From Clostridia bacterium (GTDB lineage Bacteria; Bacillota; Clostridia; TANB77; CAG-465), in contig CAAHEI010000085.1 in NCBI GenBank assembly GCA_900772475.1, positions 3,125 through 67,124 of the forward strand: 64,000 nt of DNA, read 5' to 3'. Below the pieces are notes generated by a model, which was given only the letters and a program-made list of their open reading frames with translations, was not told where the DNA came from and ran no database searches. The translations under genes and the position numbers were made by a program. Positions 1-9,745 of this stretch are shown piece after piece. The number at the start of each line of letters is the position of its first letter. Position 1 is the stretch's first letter.

Positions 1-339
1 TAAACTTTCATCAATTATTCCTTTTGTTTCAGGTGTAAAGAATTCTTTATATATTTGTATATTTATATCTGGATTAATATCTAAAGCCCTACTTTTAGCT
101 ACCTCTACCTTAGGCTTACCAATTGTTGAAGTTGTGGCAATTATCTGCCTATTTATATTTGTAATATCAACATCATCTTTATCAATCAAAACAAAATTTC
201 CTACTCCAGCTCTAACTAATCCTTCTAAAACATATGAACCAACTCCACCAATTCCAAATATTGCAACCTTTGCGTTTTTTAATTTTTCTAGAAAATCTTT
301 TCCAATTAAAAGTTCTGTTCTTGAAAATCTATTTAACAT
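1..339 (-). CDS. tcdA: ThiF/MoeB-family enzyme, probably tRNA threonylcarbamoyladenosine dehydratase. Only the N-terminal 113 codons are in the window; the gene runs off the window start.
   Basis: ATG at 337-339 follows an AAGGAGGG SD, and the frame is open to position 1. The translation MLNRFSRTELLIGKDFLEKLKNAKVAIFGIGGVGSYVLEGLVRAGVGNFVLIDKDDVDITNINRQ has the GxGxxG dinucleotide-binding motif and the D-x-D...NRQ motif of the family. Confidence 0.7.
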   Translation of the reverse strand, partial: MLNRFSRTELLIGKDFLEKLKNAKVAIFGIGGVGSYVLEGLVRAGVGNFVLIDKDDVDITNINRQIIATTSTIGKPKVEVAKSRALDINPDINIQIYKEFFTPETKGIIDESL

Positions 340-349
340 TTTTCCCTCC

Positions 350-2860
350 TTAAATTATATCTTTTACCTCAAATCCTATATCTTCAATTACCTTTTTTAT
401 TTCATCATTATTTATACTTTTTGTTGATGTTATACTTGCCTTTTTATCATCTAACTTAACAACTACATTTTCCACTCCATCTATACTTTTTAAAGCTTTT
501 TCTACACTCATTTTACAATGATTGCAACTCATTCCTTCTATATATACATTTTTTTCATATATTTTCTTTTCCATTTTTGTTTCCCCCTCATATTTTACCT
601 TAAATTTATTTATTCTAAGTGCATTTGTAACAACACATACTGAACTTAAACTCATAGCAAGAGCTCCTATCATTGGGCTCAATGTAATTCCAAACTTTGG
701 ATACAAAATTCCTGATGCTATAAATATTCCAACAGAGTTATAGAAGAAAGCCCAGAATAAATTCATTTTAATATTAGATATAACCTTTTTACTAAGCTTT
801 ATACTTGTAATCACTTCCATTAAATCATTTTTCATCAATACTACGTCAGCTGATTCTATTGCTATATCTGTCCCATTTCCAATTGCAATTCCAACATCTG
901 CTCTTGCAAGTGCTGGACTATCATTTATTCCATCACCAATAAATGCAACTTTTTTTCCATCAGCTTGCAATTTTCTTACCTCTTTTTCCTTATCATCAGG
1001 TAAAACATCAGATACAACCTTTTTAATTCCAACTTCTTTTGCTATAGAATTTGCAACATATTTATTATCACCTGTAATCATTACTGAATCTATTCCCATT
1101 TTATTTAAATTTTTAATCATTAAGTAACTACTTGGTTTTACAATATCCTTTACAGCTATTATACCTATTATACTACTCTTATCTGCAACATAAAGAATTG
1201 TTTTAGCATCATTTTGTAAATTATCTACTACTAAAGCTATTTCATTATTTACATTAATGTTATTTTCATTTAGGAACTTTAAATTTCCACATATATACTC
1301 TTTTTTTAATATTTTACCATATATACCCTTTCCTAGTATTACTTTAAAATCACTTACATCTAATGTTTCAATTTTTTCTTCTTCTATTTTATTTAATATT
1401 GCTGTAGATAATGGATGTTCAGAATTTTTTTCTAAACTTCCCGCAATTTTTAACAAATCATTGTTATTAGTAAATGAAATAACATCAGTAACTACTGGTT
1501 TTCCATAAGTTATAGTTCCTGTTTTATCTAAAACAACTGTATCTACTAAATGAAGTGTTTCTAAACTCTCAGCAGATTTTATCAAAATACCATGTTTTGC
1601 ACCAACTCCTGTTCCAACCATTATAGCTACAGGAGTGGCAAGGCCTAATGCACATGGACATGCTATAACTAGAACACAAATAGCTATATTTAATGCAAAT
1701 TCCAAACTCTGTCCACTAATTAGCCATATTATACATGAGATAATTGAAATTCCAATTACAATAGGTACAAAAACTAGACTCACCCTATCTGCAAGTCTTG
1801 ATATTGGTGCATTTGTACTACTTGCTTCCTTTACTAATTTTATAATTTTGGAAACAGACGTATCCTCTCCTACCTTAGTTGCTTGTATTCTAATCATTCC
1901 ATGCAAATTTGTTGTTCCTGATGTAACTACATCCCCTATTACTTTCTGGACAGGTATACTCTCACCTGTTATGCTTGACTCATCTACTGTAGTAGTTCCA
2001 TGAACCACAATACCATCAACAGCTATATTTTCTCCTGGTTTTATTACTAAAATATCATCCTTTAGAGTATCTTTAGTATCTATAACAATTTCACTATTAT
2101 TACGTATAACAGTTACCTTCTTTGGTACTAAATTAATTAATTTTTTAATAGCATCTCCAGTTTTTCCTTTTTGTTTTTCTTCTAAATATTTTCCAAGTGT
2201 AATTAAAGTAAGAATTGTTCCTGCTGATTCAAAGTAAATATTCATAGAATATCTATGGACTAGTTCATGATTTTGTGTACTAAGTCCATACCCTATAACA
2301 TACATCGAAACAAGGCCATAAACAATACTTGCTGTACTTCCTATTGCAATTAAGGAATCCATATTTGGACTTTTCATAAATAATTTTTTAAAGCCGCTAG
2401 AAAAATATGTTCTATTTATATACACAATTGGAATAAGGAGTAAGAATTGTGTAAATACTACCGTAAATATACTATTATCTCCATCAAATATATTAGATAT
2501 AAACCTTGGAGTTGGTAACATGTGATGCATAGCAATATACATTAATGGAATTAAAAAGCATATTGACACTATAAGTTTTCTCTTAAGAAGTTTTAAATTA
2601 TTTTTTCCATTTTTATTTCCAGTATCTTTATTACTTTCTTTTTTATTACTCTCTAAACTTGCACCGTATCCTGCTTTTTCTACAGCCTGAATAATATCAT
2701 CACTTTTTAGAATTTTATTATCAAACTCAACTTCCATATTATTTAAGAGAAGATTAACATTTACATTTTTCACACCTTTTAACTTACTTACTGCTCTATT
2801 TACATGTGACGCACAACTACTACATGTCATTCCATTAACGTCAAACTTAAGTTTTTCCAT
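350..2860 (-). CDS. copA: Copper-translocating P1B-type ATPase with an N-terminal HMA domain and an extra C-terminal HMA (CopZ-like) domain
   Basis: 836-aa ORF with GMTCSSC (HMA), the CPC transmembrane motif (ACPCALGLATP), the DKTGT phosphorylation site, SEHPL, GDGINDSPAL, and a second HMA motif, GMSCNHC, near the C-terminus. Confidence 0.95.
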   Translation of the reverse strand: MEKLKFDVNGMTCSSCASHVNRAVSKLKGVKNVNVNLLLNNMEVEFDNKILKSDDIIQAVEKAGYGASLESNKKESNKDTGNKNGKNNLKLLKRKLIVSICFLIPLMYIAMHHMLPTPRFISNIFDGDNSIFTVVFTQFLLLIPIVYINRTYFSSGFKKLFMKSPNMDSLIAIGSTASIVYGLVSMYVIGYGLSTQNHELVHRYSMNIYFESAGTILTLITLGKYLEEKQKGKTGDAIKKLINLVPKKVTVIRNNSEIVIDTKDTLKDDILVIKPGENIAVDGIVVHGTTTVDESSITGESIPVQKVIGDVVTSGTTNLHGMIRIQATKVGEDTSVSKIIKLVKEASSTNAPISRLADRVSLVFVPIVIGISIISCIIWLISGQSLEFALNIAICVLVIACPCALGLATPVAIMVGTGVGAKHGILIKSAESLETLHLVDTVVLDKTGTITYGKPVVTDVISFTNNNDLLKIAGSLEKNSEHPLSTAILNKIEEEKIETLDVSDFKVILGKGIYGKILKKEYICGNLKFLNENNINVNNEIALVVDNLQNDAKTILYVADKSSIIGIIAVKDIVKPSSYLMIKNLNKMGIDSVMITGDNKYVANSIAKEVGIKKVVSDVLPDDKEKEVRKLQADGKKVAFIGDGINDSPALARADVGIAIGNGTDIAIESADVVLMKNDLMEVITSIKLSKKVISNIKMNLFWAFFYNSVGIFIASGILYPKFGITLSPMIGALAMSLSSVCVVTNALRINKFKVKYEGETKMEKKIYEKNVYIEGMSCNHCKMSVEKALKSIDGVENVVVKLDDKKASITSTKSINNDEIKKVIEDIGFEVKDII

Positions 2861-2874
2861 AGCACTTCACCTCT

Positions 2875-3174
2875 TTATTTTAATTTTTTGATTAAAAGCA
2901 TTACATCATCTATTATGTCTATATTTCCATCTTTAATTTCATCTGCCACACAGGTTTTTAAATGTTTTTCCAGAATTTTATTTCCTAAGCTTTGAAGAGA
3001 CTTACTTACTGCAGCAATCTGAATTAAAACATCACCACAATATCTGTCATCTTCTATCATTTGATTTATTCCTCTTACTTGTCCCTCAATTATATTAAGT
3101 CTAGATGTTATATACTTTTTATCATCCTTACTCCTATGAGTTAATCTTTTTTCTTCACATTTTTCACAACTCAT
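2875..3174 (-). CDS. csoR: CsoR-family copper-sensing transcriptional repressor
   Basis: 99-aa ORF directly upstream of copA. It shows the DUF156/CsoR pattern RLNIIEGQVRGINQMIEDDRYCGDVLIQIAAV...LEKHLKTCV, with the conserved Cys/His/Cys positions. Confidence 0.85.
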   Translation of the reverse strand: MSCEKCEEKRLTHRSKDDKKYITSRLNIIEGQVRGINQMIEDDRYCGDVLIQIAAVSKSLQSLGNKILEKHLKTCVADEIKDGNIDIIDDVMLLIKKLK

Positions 3175-3191
3175 TTTTTCACCTCAAATAT

Positions 3192-3220
3192 ATTATATAC
3201 CCCTATAGGGTATGTGTCAA
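3192..3220 (-). promoter_or_regulatory. Consensus sigma-A promoter of csoR-copA with an embedded CsoR-type operator
   Basis: The minus strand reads TTGACA (3215-3220), a 17-nt spacer, then TATAAT (3192-3197). The spacer holds the GC-rich inverted repeat ATACCC-ctata-GGGTAT (3197-3213), which stands out in otherwise AT-rich DNA. Confidence 0.7.
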
Positions 3221-3275
3221 GTAAAAAAAATCCAAATTATTAGTTTTTAATAATTGGATTCTTTTCATTTAAAAT

Positions 3276-3965
3276 TTATTCTAAAACAGCAAGTGTATCT
3301 TTTTTATCTATATTCTCTACTCCACTTATATTATAATACGATGATGGAGTATCACTAACAATTATAGTTTCTGCTATTACAACACTATTTGTATATTCTT
3401 GTATTTCTGATACAAAAGGTGCCAAAACCTTTACATCTGATGTAACTTCAAAAATAAGGCTATGCCTTGTTTGATTTATTCCAGCACTTTCAAACTTTGA
3501 TTTTATTTCACCTTTTACATCTCCTAAGGGAAAAGTTTTAAGAGTAATCTTTGGACCGTATCCACTCACAACATTTTCACTAAATATTATACCAAGAGGA
3601 AGTGTAATTTTTCCTTCTTCGTAATCTTGCAAATTTTTTTCAACATCATTTGTTATACTTGTTGTTAATTTGTTTATCTCAAGGGAATTAGCACTAAGTG
3701 AAGTTACCTTGCCATTATTATCTTTATTAATTGTTACTAAATTTTCATACTTTACATTTTCAATATTTTTATATACAGCATCATTTGTACATTTAACTGC
3801 AATATTTCTTGCACTATTTTCTGATACCTTTAGTATTGCTGGCCTTACTTTATTACTAAACGTATAAAAAATAACAATTAAAAGAAATATAAAAATAAAT
3901 AAAAAGACAAATGGTTTTTTAAAACTCATTTGTCTTAAAGTTAAAGCATAATACTTTGCTCTCAT
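3276..3965 (-). CDS. yunB: Sporulation protein YunB
   Basis: 229 aa with an N-terminal TM helix. The C-terminal part (LPLGIIFSENVVSGYGPKITLKTFPLGDVKGEIKSKFESAGINQTRHSLIFEVTSDVKVLAPF) follows my recollection of B. subtilis YunB (IPLGQVTGNSLLGNLGPKIPVRF...). Confidence 0.75.
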   Translation of the reverse strand: MRAKYYALTLRQMSFKKPFVFLFIFIFLLIVIFYTFSNKVRPAILKVSENSARNIAVKCTNDAVYKNIENVKYENLVTINKDNNGKVTSLSANSLEINKLTTSITNDVEKNLQDYEEGKITLPLGIIFSENVVSGYGPKITLKTFPLGDVKGEIKSKFESAGINQTRHSLIFEVTSDVKVLAPFVSEIQEYTNSVVIAETIIVSDTPSSYYNISGVENIDKKDTLAVLE

Positions 3966-3966
3966 T

Positions 3967-5508
3967 TTACCTTATTACAAATATTTTTTGGCCAACATTA
4001 ATTTTATCTGGATCTAAAATATCCTCATTGGTCTTTAAAATCTTCTCAACACTAGTTTTATATTTTTTTGCAATATGCCATAGTGTATCTCCTGGTTTTA
4101 CAATGTATATGTTCATACTATCTAAAGATGCTAAATCTAATTTATCACCATCTATTTTATCTATAATGTTTATATTTGCAACATTTTCAACATAACATCT
4201 TGCCATAATATTCATATCAATATCTATATCTCTTCCACTTTGTGTAAGATTTATTCCATTATTTGAAATATCAACTGTTATTTTAGCATCAGATGTAACA
4301 TTTTCAAGAGTTACATCTGCATTTACTAATACATCAACTTGCTTTGTTTCTAATTCACTATTTTCAGTATTTTGAGTTATTATATTTACTTTTGCATTTC
4401 CTTCTATATGAACACTATTATCTGGATTTATAGTTGAATTAACCGAATTTACATCTAAAGTATAATCTATTACATTTGTGTTTTCAGGTAATATATTTGA
4501 AAGGTTTTCTCTTACCTCGATATTCTTTTTAATAACAAAGTCCTTTTTTACAACATTTAATTCTGTTCTATCATAATTTAATTCACGAGTTTGACTATAA
4601 AAATCATCAACATATTCTATTTCTTCATCTTCAAACATTGTAACATCTGCTTCTATTCTGTAATCTGCACTCATTGTTTTTGAACTTTCAATATCAGATT
4701 TTTGTTTTAAATCAAAATTTTGTAAATTATATTCAATTTCAAATTTAGATCTATCATTTATATTTTCAAGTTCAATCATAGCAGAAAAAGGAATCATAAG
4801 TTTTGTTCTTTTTACCTTTTTTTCTTCTGAGTCTGGAAGGTATAACATACAAGCCTCAATATCTCCTTTTACCATTATTTTGTTATAACTTTCCTTATAC
4901 TCTGTATTTTTTATTTTTGTATTTAAATCTAATATTTCAAAAAAATCTTCAGCATCTTTTGGAAGCATTACATCATCTTTTGATGCTATAATACTTTTTT
5001 TATGTTGCAATATATTGCTAAAATTTCCTGTACACATTTTGCATTCAATATTTTCTTCTGGATCAAAAGAATTAATTAAATTTACATTTGTTGTACACTT
5101 TCCCCTTACCCTAAAACATACTTCAGCTTTAACTGATATTTTTCTTTCATTTGGAAGTGCATATATTATATTTTTAACACTTGGAACTACTGTTACATTC
5201 ATATCTTTAGAAATTCCTTTAACTTCTAAATTTTGAGTAAAAGGATAACTTGCAAAAAGCCCCCTAGTATTAAATTTTTCATCATCTACTCTATATATAA
5301 CGAAATAATTTAATTTACCAACTAGTTTTAGCCTATCCTCCATAACTTCTACATCAGATACATATGGTGTAACATTTACGTATACTATTTTTAATGCATC
5401 TGGTTTAGTATCTGGCACTATAATATCTTGCTCCATCCATTCACTTACACTTTCATTTATGCAGCATTTATTTAGATTTAAATTCTTTTTTTGTGATGTT
5501 ATTTGCAT
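3967..5508 (-). CDS. DUF3794-like repeat protein with a C-terminal LysM domain; probably associated with the spore coat or cortex
   Basis: 513-aa ORF. The C-terminus YIVKPGDTLWHIAKKYKTSVEKILKTNEDILDPDKINVGQKIFV is a canonical LysM. The stop is 1 nt from the yunB start. Confidence 0.65.
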   Translation of the reverse strand: MQITSQKKNLNLNKCCINESVSEWMEQDIIVPDTKPDALKIVYVNVTPYVSDVEVMEDRLKLVGKLNYFVIYRVDDEKFNTRGLFASYPFTQNLEVKGISKDMNVTVVPSVKNIIYALPNERKISVKAEVCFRVRGKCTTNVNLINSFDPEENIECKMCTGNFSNILQHKKSIIASKDDVMLPKDAEDFFEILDLNTKIKNTEYKESYNKIMVKGDIEACMLYLPDSEEKKVKRTKLMIPFSAMIELENINDRSKFEIEYNLQNFDLKQKSDIESSKTMSADYRIEADVTMFEDEEIEYVDDFYSQTRELNYDRTELNVVKKDFVIKKNIEVRENLSNILPENTNVIDYTLDVNSVNSTINPDNSVHIEGNAKVNIITQNTENSELETKQVDVLVNADVTLENVTSDAKITVDISNNGINLTQSGRDIDIDMNIMARCYVENVANINIIDKIDGDKLDLASLDSMNIYIVKPGDTLWHIAKKYKTSVEKILKTNEDILDPDKINVGQKIFVIR

Positions 5509-5728
5509 ATAATTTCCCCCTCATATATTTATACTACACTATATGTAAGTGAAAAAATTATATGCATTCTATTCACAAATTTTATATATTTAACATACTA
5601 TATATTAGTTGAATATTTACTATTCAACATTAGATATTTATCTTTAGTGATAAACATAAACTATATATATAATCTCCTTGAATTTTCAAGCTTACCCTTT
5701 ATAACTTAAATGGTAAGCTTTTATATTT

Positions 5729-7126
5729 TTAAGTGAAAATTTTACTTAATATAACGTTAGCATCTTTTTTTCTAATATATCCAGATGAAATTTTACTGTT
5801 TTTTAATGTTCCTAAAATACTCATATATATTTTGCAAATTCCAAGTTTATTTGAGATAATTCCCTCTCTTAAAATTATATTTTCAATATTCTCATATTTT
5901 ATGATCTGCATTCTTTTTAAAAATATACCATTTACAACACAAATATATTTATCTAGAATAACGACTTTTTTTATAAAATATATAACAAAAATTAATATAA
6001 AAAGAATGACGGATATACCAACAGCAATTTTAATATTTACATATATAGCTGGAATTACTAAAACAAGCATAATAATTATTATTTTTGTACCAAACACAGC
6101 TATACTTTGTTTTGGTTGTCTTTTATTTATCAATGGAATATCATATTCTGGCAAAATTAATTTTAATAATTCTACAGCTTTTTTCTTTCTTGTAATTGGA
6201 AATATCATATCCAGTTTATTTTTTCTATCTCCTATACCTGAGATAATTGAATTTAACTTAAAGCATCCAAATATGGCACAAAGTAGCGATACATCTACTA
6301 TTATTCCTTTTATTTTACTTACTGGAATAATATATAGTTTTTTTGTAAAAAAGCCAAAGGATATGTATATATTCTTATTATTTCTTTTTACATAATAATT
6401 CATATTTTTAAATAGGTTTTTTATCACACTATATATTACAGGAAAAATAAATCCTAAAAATGTAATTATTAAGCCTAAAATATCATACACAATACTTTTT
6501 AACAAGCTTCCATTTTCTATCATATTAAAAATTAGTAATATAAAATTTATAATGACAATAATTGATGATATAGGAATACTTAAAATACTATGTTTTAATA
6601 TATCCACTTTAGTAAACTTAATACTATTACTTTTACATAAAATTTTCTCTTCATTATACCCATTTTCTTTTAAAAATTTTCTAATATATATATTATATTT
6701 TTTATCTGAAATTACTACTTCAAAATCGCTAAAAATCTTATTCTTCTCATTTGAGAATATTTCTATTCTTGTTAACTTAAATATTTTTTCAAAAATGTTT
6801 TTACTTATACATATATTTGCTATGTTTCTTATTAATATTTCTTTCTTATCTTTTACAAAAATATTTTTGTATACAGTTAACATATCGTGCGTTATTTCGT
6901 ATCTAGAAATACGATATATAACTAAATAATATATAAATACAATAATTATAAACAATAATAGTAAAGTAATTAATAAAACATTCACGTTAATATTTAGTTT
7001 AAATTCATTTATTTTTTTTACTATTATTGCAAAGTTTGTAAAAACAAGAATTGATGCAAACCATGTAAGCTTTAATGTATTATCAAATATACTAAGTATA
7101 CTTGGTCTAAATTTATTATCTTCCAT
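5729..7126 (-). CDS. YdbT-like membrane protein with bacterial PH (bPH_2) domains
   Basis: 465 aa with alternating TM hairpins and about 80-aa soluble segments. It overlaps the upstream YdbS-like gene by 11 nt, as in ydbS-ydbT pairs. Confidence 0.6.
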   Translation of the reverse strand: MEDNKFRPSILSIFDNTLKLTWFASILVFTNFAIIVKKINEFKLNINVNVLLITLLLLFIIIVFIYYLVIYRISRYEITHDMLTVYKNIFVKDKKEILIRNIANICISKNIFEKIFKLTRIEIFSNEKNKIFSDFEVVISDKKYNIYIRKFLKENGYNEEKILCKSNSIKFTKVDILKHSILSIPISSIIVIINFILLIFNMIENGSLLKSIVYDILGLIITFLGFIFPVIYSVIKNLFKNMNYYVKRNNKNIYISFGFFTKKLYIIPVSKIKGIIVDVSLLCAIFGCFKLNSIISGIGDRKNKLDMIFPITRKKKAVELLKLILPEYDIPLINKRQPKQSIAVFGTKIIIIMLVLVIPAIYVNIKIAVGISVILFILIFVIYFIKKVVILDKYICVVNGIFLKRMQIIKYENIENIILREGIISNKLGICKIYMSILGTLKNSKISSGYIRKKDANVILSKIFT

Positions 7127-7589
7127 ATATAACTTTCATTCCTTTTCTTACTGTCTCTTCTAAATTGTTAACATCCATATAATCTACATAATTTAATCTT
7201 ATGCTTCCTCCACTGCTATAAAACTTTATATTTGCAACTTTAAATATTCTACCTATTATTCTTCTTTTTATTTCAATTTTATATACTCTATTTACTAACA
7301 TTATCTTTCTTGATATAATTAATGCCCCACTTATGACCTCAATTTTATTTTGTGTAACTGCATACCTATAATTTTTTATAATTATAGTAGAAATTAAAAA
7401 CGCCCATATATATATACAGATATTTATAGTTAAAAAAAGAAAATTTAGTGTTAATGTATATTTTCCATTTAAAAATATATCACTTAATATTGTAAGTATC
7501 AAAAGAAAAATATTTAAAAGTATAGCAATAAACAAATATATTATAGAAACATACTTACTTGAATTTTTAGATATTTTTACATACTTCAT
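7116..7589 (-). CDS. YdbS-like membrane protein with a bacterial PH domain
   Basis: 157 aa: two N-terminal TM helices followed by one bPH-like module. It is translationally coupled to the next gene. Confidence 0.6.
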   Translation of the reverse strand: MKYVKISKNSSKYVSIIYLFIAILLNIFLLILTILSDIFLNGKYTLTLNFLFLTINICIYIWAFLISTIIIKNYRYAVTQNKIEVISGALIISRKIMLVNRVYKIEIKRRIIGRIFKVANIKFYSSGGSIRLNYVDYMDVNNLEETVRKGMKVIYGR

Positions 7590-7605
7590 AGTTCTCTCCC
7601 AAAAA

Positions 7606-7637
7606 AATAGTTATATCAATTTTTTGATATAACTATT
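7606..7637 (-). terminator. Rho-independent terminator downstream of topB
   Basis: 14-bp perfect stem AATAGTTATATCAA / TTGATATAACTATT with a 4-nt loop, followed on the minus strand by a T7 run. Confidence 0.7.
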
Positions 7638-7667
7638 TTAACCTTAAATATACAAATATATGTATTT

Positions 7668-9626
7668 TTAGTAGTAACCATACAAATATTCATCTCTTGC
7701 TTTTTTTAATTTAACCACTCTAGTGCTTATATAATTTTCTAACTTATTCATAAAATCCTCTTTAGGAATTTCCTTTTGAGCAACCATTGTTAGTCCCTTT
7801 TCCCAACTTGCTGTAAGTTTTGGATTTAACATATCTGGTATTGATTTACATACAACATCATATATTTTTTCACCCTTATTTGTTGGAGTAAGTATCTGTG
7901 TTTTATTGTTTATACTAATATATTCTATTCTATCTAATTTTTTTATAATTTCAGCTCTCGTTGCACTAGTACCAATTCCACTTCCCTTTATTTGCTCTCT
8001 TAATTCTTCATCTTCAATTAATTTTCCTGCATTTTCCATTGCAAGAATAATAGTCCCTGAAGAATATCTACTAGGTGGTGATGTTTCCCCCTCTTTAGTA
8101 CTTAAATCTACAATTGATATCTTTTCACCTTTTTTTAAAGAATTTAGCATATCTAGATTTTCATTCTTATCATTTTTTTCTTCACTATCTTTTTCAGTTT
8201 TATCATCATCTTTTATAACTTCAAGATATCCTTGATTTATACATACTTTACCACTTGCACTAAATTCTTCATTTCCTATACATAATTTCACAGATACCCT
8301 GTTATACTCAGCTGATGGATAAAAAATACTTAAAAATCTTTTTACAATTATATGATAAACATCCTTTTTTAACTTATCTAGTTTTTCATAGTTTTCAAAG
8401 CCTTGTCCAGTTGGAATTATGGCGTAATGATCTGTTATTTTTTTATCATTTACATATTTGGTTTTAAGTAAATTTGTCTTATACTTTTCTTCTATCATTT
8501 TTTTTATATATTTCTTTATTCCATCATCTATATTAGATTTATATAGTCCATTTAAATTCTTAGAGATTTCTTTTGCAACACCCGTTGATAAAACTCTAGC
8601 ATCTGTTCTAGGATATGTGACTAATTTTTTTTCATATAATTCTTGAATTATATTTAATGTTTCATCAGGTGATATTTTAAATTTCTTAGAACATGTATTT
8701 TGAATTTCTGCAAGATTAAACAAAAGTGGAGGATTTTCCTTAGTTTTTTTCTTTGTAATTTCTTTTATAGTTGCAACATCAGATATATTTTTCATGTACT
8801 CAATATGTTCCTTGGCACTACTTTCTTTTTTAAATCCGGTTTCATTATATAAAGTTGGCAAATTGTATACTTTAGACTCTTCTGTAACTTGCCACTGGGC
8901 TTCAAAATTACTATCAATATTTCCAAATTTACCAATTATCTTATAAAAACTTTGCTTTTTAAAGTTTCGTATTTCTCTTTCTCTTGAAACTATCATTCCA
9001 AGTACACATGTCATTACTCTACCTATTGATATCACAGCTTTATCTTCATTTAAAGATTTTGCCAGACTTTTTCCATATATCAAAGATAAAAGCCTTGAAA
9101 AGTTTATTCCTATCAAATAATCTTCCTTAGCTCTTAGATATGCACTATCAGATAAACTATCATATTCAGAAATATCTTTTGCCTCTTTAATTCCTCTTTG
9201 TATTTCTTCCTGTGTTTGTGAATCAATCCATACTCTTTTCATTTCTGCCTTTGGATTAGGATTTGCCATCATAAAAACTAAACGTTGTATATACTCTCCT
9301 TCCCTTCCAGAGTCTCCTGCGTTATATATAACTTCAACATCATCCCTTTGTAGAAGTTTTTGTACTATTTCAAATTGATTTTTTACTGATGAAATTATTT
9401 CATACTTCCATTCTTTTGGAATAAAAGGTAATGTACTTAACTTCCACTTTCTTAAATTTTCATCATATACTTCTGGATAACTCATGGTAACCAAATGTCC
9501 AACGCACCAAGTTATAACCCAATCATCGGATTCAAGATAACCATTCATCCTCTTAGCATTTATTTTTAACGCCTTTGCAAATTCCATTGCTACAGACGGC
9601 TTTTCTGTAATTATTAACTTTTTCAT
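7668..9626 (-). CDS. topB: DNA topoisomerase III (type IA)
   Basis: 652 aa. Toprim N-terminus MKKLIITEKPSVA, an acidic DSGREGE cluster, and the active-site Tyr context LVTYPRTD. Confidence 0.9.
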   Translation of the reverse strand: MKKLIITEKPSVAMEFAKALKINAKRMNGYLESDDWVITWCVGHLVTMSYPEVYDENLRKWKLSTLPFIPKEWKYEIISSVKNQFEIVQKLLQRDDVEVIYNAGDSGREGEYIQRLVFMMANPNPKAEMKRVWIDSQTQEEIQRGIKEAKDISEYDSLSDSAYLRAKEDYLIGINFSRLLSLIYGKSLAKSLNEDKAVISIGRVMTCVLGMIVSREREIRNFKKQSFYKIIGKFGNIDSNFEAQWQVTEESKVYNLPTLYNETGFKKESSAKEHIEYMKNISDVATIKEITKKKTKENPPLLFNLAEIQNTCSKKFKISPDETLNIIQELYEKKLVTYPRTDARVLSTGVAKEISKNLNGLYKSNIDDGIKKYIKKMIEEKYKTNLLKTKYVNDKKITDHYAIIPTGQGFENYEKLDKLKKDVYHIIVKRFLSIFYPSAEYNRVSVKLCIGNEEFSASGKVCINQGYLEVIKDDDKTEKDSEEKNDKNENLDMLNSLKKGEKISIVDLSTKEGETSPPSRYSSGTIILAMENAGKLIEDEELREQIKGSGIGTSATRAEIIKKLDRIEYISINNKTQILTPTNKGEKIYDVVCKSIPDMLNPKLTASWEKGLTMVAQKEIPKEDFMNKLENYISTRVVKLKKARDEYLYGYY

Positions 9627-9705
9627 GTTTACCTCTTTTTGTGTTTATTATATAATAATTAGTCTAAAAAATCAATTGGATTTAAAAAAATAAACGTTAG
9701 AAAAA

Positions 9706-9738
9706 AAGGTATCCCAAGAATTTATCTTGAGATACCTT
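9706..9738 (-). terminator. Rho-independent terminator after the HTH/PIN-like gene
   Basis: Stem AAGGTATCCCAAGA / TCTTGAGATACCTT with 1 mismatch, followed on the minus strand by a T7 run. Confidence 0.65.
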
Positions 9739-9745
9739 ATTAAAT

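Noticed and set aside
5733-6395. Plus-strand ORFs antisense to minus-strand genes. Besides this one, they include 134-427, 1635-2003, 6552-6929, 12017-12617, 30214-30882, 37072-37575, 54273-54809, 55731-56159, 59970-60482 and 62254-62625.
   Set aside because: Their F/L/I/S-rich, low-complexity translations are typical of the antisense of Lys/Asn/Glu/Ile-rich AT-biased genes. They have no SD motifs, and each is fully contained in a well-supported gene on the other strand.
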